Below are positions 1 to 7,061 of a DNA stretch of 19,788 nucleotides, in pieces; the stretch's first letter is position 1; every line of letters starts with the position of its first letter. The notes below the pieces were generated by a model. The model had not been told where the DNA came from. It did no database searches and worked only from the letters and a program-made list of their open reading frames with translations. Source of the DNA: Candidatus Eiseniibacteriota bacterium. GTDB lineage: Bacteria > Eisenbacteria > RBG-16-71-46. The translations under genes were made by a program, and so were the position numbers. The stretch covers positions 1 through 19,788 of the forward strand of contig JANLOX010000078.1 in assembly GCA_031366795.1 (NCBI GenBank), in the 5' to 3' direction.

Positions 1-1050
1 CCGGGCACGGGACAGTATTACGTCATGCAGCGCGCGCTCGACACCGAGACCGCCTTCCTCCGCGGCATCCAGTCACGCCTCGTGGAGCTGGGCTTCGTCG
101 CCATGTTGGCGGCGTTGTTGATCGGGTTGCTCATCGCCCAACGCATCACCGCTCCGGTCCAGCGCATGGTTCGTGGCGCCGAGGAGATGGAACGCGGCAA
201 CTACGACTACCCGCTCGAAGTGAAATCGCGTGACGAGATCGGCACGCTGGCTTCCAGTTTCGACGCCATGCGCCGCCGCCAGCGCGAGTACATCCGCACG
301 CTGCAGGAGGCGTCGCAAGCCAAGAGCGACTTCGTCGACATCGCCTCGCACGAACTGAACACGCCGGTCACGATCATCCGCGGCTACCAGGAAATGCTGG
401 CGGATGGCTCGCTGGGCACCCTGACGCCGGAGCAGCAACGGGCGGTGGACGTGACGATGGGCAGCGTCGACACGCTGCAGTGCATCGCTGCGGACCTGAC
501 GCGCGTCACGCAATTGGAGAAGAACTCGCTGGTGATCGAGCGCGACGACAACAGCATTCCAGACTGCTTGAGCGAGGCGATCGCGATCGCCAAACAATCG
601 GCGCCGAACCGCAAGGTGGAGATTCGCCAACAGTGCGCGCCCGGAGTGGACATGGCTTCATTCGACCGGCCGCACCTGTTGGAAGCGCTCGTCAACCTCA
701 TCAAGAACGGCGTTCGTTTCACGCCCGACGGCGGTCATGTGGAAGTGCGCGCGGTTCGCGAGGGCGAGGAGCTCGTCATCGCCGTGCGGGACACCGGCAT
801 CGGGATCGAGCCGGGGCGGCTGATCGACTTGCTCGAGCGCCCGTTCGCGGCACGCGATGCGAACCACCACCATTCCTCGCGGACGCTGGAGTTCAACTCG
901 AGAGGGTTTGGGTTAGGCCTGCCCATCGCGCGCGGAATCGTCGAAGCTCACGGCGGCAAGCTATCGGTCGAAAGCAGCGTCGGGAACGGATCCACCTTCA
1001 CGATAAGGCTGCCGGCCCCACCGGCCATTGGGCTGAAGCGGGCGGCATGA
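1..1050 (+). CDS. Membrane sensor histidine kinase (TM-HAMP-HisKA-HATPase_c), 5'-truncated by window edge
   Basis: Frame open from base 1 (PGTGQYYVMQ...). TM helix LGFVAMLAALLIGLLIA, HAMP (ITAPVQRM...SRDEIGTLASSFDAM), H-box IASHELNTP, N-box LVNLIKNGVRFT, G1 DTGIG, G2 GFGLGLPIA, terminal GSTFTIRLP. Confidence 0.96.
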   Translation, partial: PGTGQYYVMQRALDTETAFLRGIQSRLVELGFVAMLAALLIGLLIAQRITAPVQRMVRGAEEMERGNYDYPLEVKSRDEIGTLASSFDAMRRRQREYIRTLQEASQAKSDFVDIASHELNTPVTIIRGYQEMLADGSLGTLTPEQQRAVDVTMGSVDTLQCIAADLTRVTQLEKNSLVIERDDNSIPDCLSEAIAIAKQSAPNRKVEIRQQCAPGVDMASFDRPHLLEALVNLIKNGVRFTPDGGHVEVRAVREGEELVIAVRDTGIGIEPGRLIDLLERPFAARDANHHHSSRTLEFNSRGFGLGLPIARGIVEAHGGKLSVESSVGNGSTFTIRLPAPPAIGLKRAA

Positions 1051-2104
1051 ACGACCCGCCGGAGGGGGCATCGGGAACCCGCCCTGGGCGAGTGCGTCTC
1101 CTGCTCGACGTGGTCAGTACCGAGCGCGACCCCGGGCATGCCCAGAACCAACTCACGCGCGGCGACAACCCGTTCGATCCGGTGGGACTACGCCTGTTCA
1201 CCGAATCGAGCGTGAATGATCGCGTCGCTGTGTTCGCGCAGACCGTAATCCACGACGCCACGGGCCTGTACCTCGAGGGCGCCTACGTGATGTTCACTCC
1301 CGACCCGAAGCGTGACCTGCACCTGCTTGCCGGCAAGCTGCCGTGGGAAGTGGGCACATGGGGACCGCGCACCTATTCGAACAAGAATCCGCTGATCGGC
1401 ATTCCCTTGATCTACTCGCACCACACTTCGCTGCTGTGGGCCGACATCCCGCCCATCGTCGATGATTCCTACTGGGACGTCGGCGTATCGCTCACCGGCA
1501 GCCAGCGGCCGTTCGAGTACACCCTGGGAATCCATGCCGGCGCCCCGGGTTGGCCCAGCATCAACCAGGACGACAACACCGGGAAGACCGTGCCGGGCCG
1601 TATGGGCGTCGCGCTCACGCCCGGCCTGCGCGCCGGCGTTTCCGGTGCCTATGGGCCCCTACATGGGCGCGTGGCTGAACCCCGAGCGACCGAAGGGCAA
1701 TACCGCCAACGACTACAAACAGAAGCTGGCGATGGCGGACTTCGAGTGGGAAATGGGCCACATCGAATTGCACGCCGAAGGCGCGCACAACTTCTGGGAG
1801 ACGCCGACCGTAGGCACGGTCTCGGTGACCGGCGGCTACGTCGAAGCAAAGTTCACCACGTCGATGGGGGGCCTTCGTCGCGGGTCGCTACGACCAATTC
1901 GTGTTCAGCGAGATCTCCAATTCGACCGGCGAGCGGCTGCCGTGGGATGACGGCGTGAAGCGCTGGGAAGCGGGCGTCGGCTATCGCTTCAGCCGCGACA
2001 TCACCGGCAAGCTGGACTACCAGCGCACCGAACTGGACCACTCGGCCGATGACACCTATCCCGTGTCAGACCTGGTCTCAGCGCAGCTTTCGGTGGGCTT
2101 TTAA
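1047..2104 (+). pseudogene. Outer-membrane beta-barrel (porin-like) gene interrupted by two +1 frameshifts
   Basis: ATG 1047 overlaps kinase TGA (ATGA). Coding-like sequence runs in frame 3 to GAYGP (C4 run 1656-1659), frame 1 YMGAW...FTTSMG (G6 run 1866-1871), then frame 2 AFVAGRYDQF...LVSAQLSVGF*. Amphipathic strands and C-terminal Phe typical of OMPs. Removing one base at each run gives 351 aa. Confidence 0.8.
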
Positions 2105-2133
2105 CTCGCTGCGAATTTCTTGGGGAGGCCGCT

Positions 2134-2760
2134 ATGAACACCGGCACGATTGTCCTGATCGCGATCGCCATCTTCCTGCTCACACCGTTGTCGCGAATCG
2201 TGCTCGCGGCGATCTTCGGCCACTCGATCGGCGAGGCAGCGCTCAGGCGCCAACCGGACACGATTTGCCTGCGCGCTGTCGAGCCCTCGAAGTTCCGCCA
2301 CTCCGGCCGCATTCAGTCGCTGGCGGCGGAGTACGAGCAGCGCGGCTTCGAGAGCGCCGGCAGCTTCACGATCCCTGAGATGCCGGGAGTGCACCTGCAA
2401 CTGCTCGTTCACACCACGGAGTGCATGCTGGCGACGATCTACGATCACCCGGTCGCCGGCGTGTTCTACGATGTTGTCAGCCGCTACGCCGATGGCAGCG
2501 CGTGGACGTACACCACCGCGCGCGAAACCGGGCTCAAGCATCGCGAGAACGTGCGCATGACGAACCTGCCGGGCGCGGAGCCCACCGCGTTGATCGATAC
2601 CGCGCGCCGTGAACGGCTGCAGTCCGGCCTGCGCGCCTGCACGGCCGCCAGCGCTGTCGCCGACTTCGAGCAGGCCTACGCCGAGTACATGGCGTGGATG
2701 AAGAACCGCGGCATCTCGACGGGTGAAGTGGTCGCGGTGGCGCGCCGCAAGGTCGCCTGA
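2134..2760 (+). CDS. Hypothetical protein, 208 aa, N-terminal membrane anchor
   Basis: GGAGG at 2124-2128 before ATG; hydrophobic N-terminus (IVLIAIAIFLLTPLSRIVLAAIF); normal globular composition; no family recognised. Confidence 0.85.
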   Translation: MNTGTIVLIAIAIFLLTPLSRIVLAAIFGHSIGEAALRRQPDTICLRAVEPSKFRHSGRIQSLAAEYEQRGFESAGSFTIPEMPGVHLQLLVHTTECMLATIYDHPVAGVFYDVVSRYADGSAWTYTTARETGLKHRENVRMTNLPGAEPTALIDTARRERLQSGLRACTAASAVADFEQAYAEYMAWMKNRGISTGEVVAVARRKVA

Positions 2761-2794
2761 GCGCGCTGCTGCGATCGGGGATCCCGGCCGCGGC

Positions 2795-3424
2795 CTAAGC
2801 GTGGCCGAGCCAGTCCCGCGCGGCGTGGACCTGGTCCATCGTGAGCACGTGCGCTCCGTCGTCGAAGCGCAGCGTGACCTCTGCTCCCGCTCTGCGCAGC
2901 AATTCGGCGAGCCGTTCGGCCTGCGCGAGCGGAACGATCGGGTCGTTGCGTCCCTCGCTCAACAGCACACGCGCCCCGTGCAGGCCCGTAGGCGCCTCCG
3001 GCTCGAACGGCACCATGACGCGGAACAGGATGGCGCTGCGCAACAGGCCGGGCCTGCGGAGCAGCAGGCTCGCGGCAACGTTCGCGCCATTCGAGAATCC
3101 CACCGCGCACACCGTGCCCGGCTCGAACCCATAAAGCCCGGCCGCGACCTCGACGAAGTGCGCGAGCGCATCGGTGCGAAGTGCCAGATCCTCGAGATCG
3201 AATACGCCTTCAGTGAGCCGCCTGAAGAAGCGCGGCATGCCGTGCTCGAGCACTTGCCCGCGCGGGCTCAGCAGCGCGGCCGAGGGATCGAGCTGGCGAC
3301 CTAGCGGCAGCAGGTCATCCTCGTTGCCACCTGTGCCGTGCAGCAGCAACAGCGTGCGCGCATCGGGCGTCGCACCCGCTTCGTAGACGTGGACAAAATC
3401 CGCCAGCGGCATGCCGGGGCTCAT
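2795..3424 (-). CDS. Alpha/beta hydrolase, phospholipase/carboxylesterase (MhqD-like), 209 aa
   Basis: LLLLHGTGGNE, LSPRG.VLEHGMPRFFRR, nucleophile elbow GFSNG, Asp in GRNDPIV, His in GAHVL. ATG 3424 overlaps the TGA of the upstream dioxygenase. Confidence 0.92.
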   Translation of the reverse strand: MSPGMPLADFVHVYEAGATPDARTLLLLHGTGGNEDDLLPLGRQLDPSAALLSPRGQVLEHGMPRFFRRLTEGVFDLEDLALRTDALAHFVEVAAGLYGFEPGTVCAVGFSNGANVAASLLLRRPGLLRSAILFRVMVPFEPEAPTGLHGARVLLSEGRNDPIVPLAQAERLAELLRRAGAEVTLRFDDGAHVLTMDQVHAARDWLGHA

Positions 3425-4356
3425 GGCGTGCCTTCCCAACGCCGCGTGACCAGCGGCGGCAATGCGGCTTCGATGCGCGCGCGCGACGCCTCCAGCCAGG
3501 GCGGCAGGCGCAGTGCCTCCCCGAGATGATCGGGCGTTTCGTCCGTCGCGAAGCCGGGTGGATCGGTGGCGATCTCGAACAGGATGCCGCCGGGTTCGCG
3601 GAAGTAGATCGAATGGAAGTACTGGCGGTCCTGCACCGGTGTAACGGTTGCGCCGGTCTGCGCCAGGTGATCGATCCAGCGCAATTGCGACGCATCGTCG
3701 GAAGTGCGCCACGCGATGTGATGCACCGAGCCCGCGCCAAGTCCCGCCGGCCGCGCATCGGCTGACTCGATCGTGTCGACCAGAGTGGCGATTCCTTCGG
3801 TCGCGCCGCGGAAACGGCGGCGGCCACTTTCCTCGCCGACGAGCTCCAACTTCATCGTCCCCGTAAGCAGCGCTTCGGTTCGCTCGCGCGAACGCACATG
3901 CAGGGTCGCGGAATGGAATTCCGCGATCGCCTGCGCTGCACCCGCGCCGGAAGCGGCGTCACCCTCGATCAACTCGAGCGGCAATCCATCGGGATCCTCG
4001 AATGCGATCACCGGGGCGCCGAACCGTTCGCCCTCGTGCCGCGCCATCACCTTGGCCGCCGCCAGACGCTCGAGCCACGCGGCCGAGGCGCCACGCGGAA
4101 TGCAGAAACTCGTCGCCGACACTTCACCGGCGCCGCGCCGCCCGCGCGGAATTCCCGCCCACGGGAAAAACGTGAGAATAGAGCCGGGGTTCCCTTGCGC
4201 ATCGCCGAAATAGAAGTGATACGTGCCCGGGTCGTCGAAATTCACCGTGCGCTTGACCAACCGCAGGCCCAGCACTGCCGTGTAGAAGTCGTAGTTCCCC
4301 TGCGCATCACCCGCGATCGCCGTGACGTGGTGAATTCCGGAAATGCGATCGTTCAT
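3421..4356 (-). CDS. Ring-cleaving dioxygenase, two-domain VOC/glyoxalase (MhqA/MhqE/MhqO, PcpA-like), 311 aa
   Basis: GIHHVTAIAG, LRLVKRTVNFDDPGTYHFYFGD, TFFPW, GSVHHIAW, DRQYFHSIYFREPGGILFEIATDPPGF, LGEALRLPPWLE are hallmark motifs. Start taken at ATG 4356 (AGGGGA upstream). Confidence 0.95.
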   Translation of the reverse strand: MNDRISGIHHVTAIAGDAQGNYDFYTAVLGLRLVKRTVNFDDPGTYHFYFGDAQGNPGSILTFFPWAGIPRGRRGAGEVSATSFCIPRGASAAWLERLAAAKVMARHEGERFGAPVIAFEDPDGLPLELIEGDAASGAGAAQAIAEFHSATLHVRSRERTEALLTGTMKLELVGEESGRRRFRGATEGIATLVDTIESADARPAGLGAGSVHHIAWRTSDDASQLRWIDHLAQTGATVTPVQDRQYFHSIYFREPGGILFEIATDPPGFATDETPDHLGEALRLPPWLEASRARIEAALPPLVTRRWEGTP

Positions 4357-4487
4357 GGGATTCCCCTGCTGCGGTTCATCGATCCGGCGCACTGGCCACG
4401 CGCGCCGCGCCGGGCACGCGTGACGCCACGCGCGTCCCCAGAGTGTTGGATGCGTCTCCCCCGCGCAAGGGCGCGCAAGGGCGCAGC

Positions 4488-4516
4488 TTGTGAGCAAGTG
4501 AGCGCACCGCTAGGCT
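4488..4516 (+). promoter_or_regulatory. Putative sigma70-type promoter, likely leaderless, for the 4524 gene
   Basis: TTGTGA (4488-4493), 17 nt spacer, TAGGCT (4511-4516), 7 nt, then GTG 4524; no Shine-Dalgarno. Confidence 0.5.
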
Positions 4517-4523
4517 GCGGCAC

Positions 4524-6242
4524 GTGCGCAGGACATGGACGTTCAATTCAGGCATCTTCGTGGCGCTGGCGCTGTTGAGCGCCGGGGTCGCCCTGTGGTT
4601 GATGCACGCCAACTCCCGCAATCTGGGAGGCGGTGCCGATGTGCTCGGCTACGACGCAGCGCAGTACGCCGTCGCCGCGCGCGAACTGGCTGAGCATGGG
4701 CGGCTCGCCACACCCTTCGCGCTGCCCGTCGAATTGGTACGTGCCAACCGGCCACCGTGGCCGCTGGCGCTCGTGCAACCCGGGCTCGTGCTCGCGGAAG
4801 CGGGATTGTTCCGCATTGCGGGAACCACGCCACCCGACCGCGCGGGCGCACTCGTGCTGCTGCTCCCATTCCTCTGCTATCTCGGCTCCGCGTTGGCTCT
4901 CTCCTTCGCCGCGTGGTCGCTGATCGCGCGTGGGGCACCCAGCGTTCCCGAGGAAGAAGTGGCGCTCGCGGCACTCAGCGTGGGCCTCGCATTCCTGCTG
5001 GACCCCGAGGCGCAGCACTACGCGAGTGGTGGTTTCACCGAGATGCCGTTCACCTTCGGCCTGAGCCTCGTGCTCGCGGCGCTCGCGCGTGGACCACGCA
5101 TGTCAGCGTTCGTCTTTGGCCTCTTGCTCGGCGTGACCGGCCTGTTCCGCGGCAACATGCTGTGGTTGGCACCCGCATTCGCCGCGGCTTATGCGTGGTG
5201 CAGCGCGCGCGGCGCGCGGTCGTTCGCGGTGGTGCTTGCGGGCTATGCGCTGGTGCTGGCGCCGTGGTGGTTCTACAAGTGGCACGCCTTCGGTGATCCC
5301 GCGTGGGACCTGTCGCGGCTCTCGCTGTGGGACGGAGTGCAGGGTCGCACGTGGTTCTCGTTGAACCACCTGCCGCAGCTGCCGGATGTTCCGCAGGGGA
5401 GCGATGCGCTGCTGGCGCTGCAGGCCAAGGCCGCGGTGAACCTGCGCGCGCTGTTGTTCGAGATCGCCACGGGTCCGCGGACACTGTGGATCGCGGGCCT
5501 CGTCGTGGCGATATTCGGTGGGGCAGGCCGCGGCGCAGCGAATGCCTCATTCACCGAAGTACCGCCCGCGACCGGCCGAGGCCCGCGCGCCGCCGCACTC
5601 GCCGCATTGCTGGCGCTCGTGTTGGGCGTGCTGACCGCCGCGCTGTCGGTGCCGTTGTTCCGCTACGTGTTGCCGGCGAGGCTGATCGCCGAGGCCGCGG
5701 GGCTCGTGGCGGTGTGGGCGTTCCTGTGGAACATGCCCCCCGAATGGGCCGGGCCGCGCTCGAAGCGCATGATGTGCGCCGCACTCGCATTGCTCGCGCT
5801 GTCATGGGGTGTGTGGCAATCGGGCCGCGGCATCCAGGACGCAGCACGCGTCGCCGCCGATCGCGGCATCCCGCCCCGCAAGACATTCGAGGACCTGTCG
5901 CGTGCACTCGATGCCGGACTGCATCCCGGCGAACCCGTCATGAGCAACCTCGGCCCCACGCTGGCCTGGTACACGCGCCGCCCGGTGTTGCACCTCGCCT
6001 TCACGCCCGCGGACATGGAGAAGTGCCGCGAGCGCTTGCCGTTCGACGAGGTGGTGCTGGCGTTCCGTCAGTCGTCACGCGCATGGCCAGGCTGGGACGA
6101 GTTGATGGCCAGCCCCATGGAGGCACCGCAACACAAGGACTGGAACGTGCAGCGCGTGCGCGCATGGAGCGTGCACGAGGGATTCACCATCGTGTGGCTG
6201 CAGCTGGGCCCGCCGCTCACACCGGTGGCCGCGGCGCGCTAG
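4524..6242 (+). CDS. Polytopic membrane glycosyltransferase, GT-C fold (ArnT/PMT_2-like), 572 aa
   Basis: N-terminal TM followed by loop with conserved-looking Asp (LGYDAAQYA), many further TM segments, FTEMPF motif, LAPWW, C-terminal soluble domain (VMSN...LAWYTRRP). Confidence 0.72.
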   Translation: MRRTWTFNSGIFVALALLSAGVALWLMHANSRNLGGGADVLGYDAAQYAVAARELAEHGRLATPFALPVELVRANRPPWPLALVQPGLVLAEAGLFRIAGTTPPDRAGALVLLLPFLCYLGSALALSFAAWSLIARGAPSVPEEEVALAALSVGLAFLLDPEAQHYASGGFTEMPFTFGLSLVLAALARGPRMSAFVFGLLLGVTGLFRGNMLWLAPAFAAAYAWCSARGARSFAVVLAGYALVLAPWWFYKWHAFGDPAWDLSRLSLWDGVQGRTWFSLNHLPQLPDVPQGSDALLALQAKAAVNLRALLFEIATGPRTLWIAGLVVAIFGGAGRGAANASFTEVPPATGRGPRAAALAALLALVLGVLTAALSVPLFRYVLPARLIAEAAGLVAVWAFLWNMPPEWAGPRSKRMMCAALALLALSWGVWQSGRGIQDAARVAADRGIPPRKTFEDLSRALDAGLHPGEPVMSNLGPTLAWYTRRPVLHLAFTPADMEKCRERLPFDEVVLAFRQSSRAWPGWDELMASPMEAPQHKDWNVQRVRAWSVHEGFTIVWLQLGPPLTPVAAAR

Positions 6243-6261
6243 ACCGGGCAGGGCCGGGTCG

Positions 6262-6627
6262 TCAGCTGCCTGAAGACGATTTCCGCTTGCCGCTCGCCGG
6301 CACGCAGAGCGCGAGGTAGGACGCGCTGTTCGACTGGAACACGAACGCCGCGGGGAATGCCGGATTCTGGTGCGGCTTCGCGGAGCGCGGCTGGTCGGTC
6401 AGAGTGAGTTGCGTCGCTCCGGCCACCGGACCAAAGGCCGCGAGTCCGCGGCTCAGCGTTTCGGCAATCCAACCTGGCGTAACCGTGGGCGCGATTGCTG
6501 GTGATTCGGCCGCGTACGGACTCGTCGCCGGCAAGGCACCGGACGATTCAGCTGTTGCTGCCCACGCCCCGGTCGCTGAACCCAGCAACGCGACGAGCAT
6601 GCCCGCTCGAACAATGATTTGCCGCAC
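6262..6627 (-). CDS. Small secreted Ala/Ser/Thr/Pro-rich hypothetical protein, 121 aa
   Basis: GGAGG 9 nt upstream of GTG 6627; Sec-type signal peptide MRQIIVRAGMLVALLGSATGAWA|A; low-complexity mature N-terminus; fills otherwise empty space. Confidence 0.6.
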   Translation of the reverse strand: MRQIIVRAGMLVALLGSATGAWAATAESSGALPATSPYAAESPAIAPTVTPGWIAETLSRGLAAFGPVAGATQLTLTDQPRSAKPHQNPAFPAAFVFQSNSASYLALCVPASGKRKSSSGS

Positions 6628-7061
6628 GCAATGAAGCCTCCCGCGGTACGACGCCGGCAAGGGGCTGGCGCACCTGCTACCCGCAGGAAAATGTTCTCTC
6701 CACCCGGTTGACCGTACAAGGATTAATGCACGCGGATACATATGAGGCGGGGGAGATGGCGCGAATTGCGGGGTTTGTGCGCTCGCATGCGGCGGAATGC
6801 GCGAGTTGGATGGCGAAAGCAGTCGGACTTGGGCGATATGCCCCGTGGCGTCCACCGGCTACGGCAGTCGATCGTATGCATGAAATTCGATAGCTTCGCC
6901 TCTCAGTAGCCACCCCTCTTCCGCTCGCCGCGATTTCGCTTCGCGCCGTGTAGACCTAGGTCGGTCGTCAGGACGGTGGGGAACTCGGCAAGCCGTGATA
7001 AATCTTTCCGCCAACCGACCACTATTTGCCGCAGTGCCACCCCAGCATTTTCCCGGGACTC

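Noticed and set aside
480..1046. N-terminal 189 codons of the 492-aa ORF 480..1958
   Set aside because: Arg-rich off-frame read-through overlapping the kinase; the credible gene begins at ATG 1047.
3425..4497. Extended starts given by the ORF track for the esterase (3712) and dioxygenase (4497); likewise mqnA (12165), DinB (13810) and DUF5916 (18670)
   Set aside because: Extensions overlap neighbouring genes or precede the family N-terminus or signal peptide; downstream starts have SD or coupling support.
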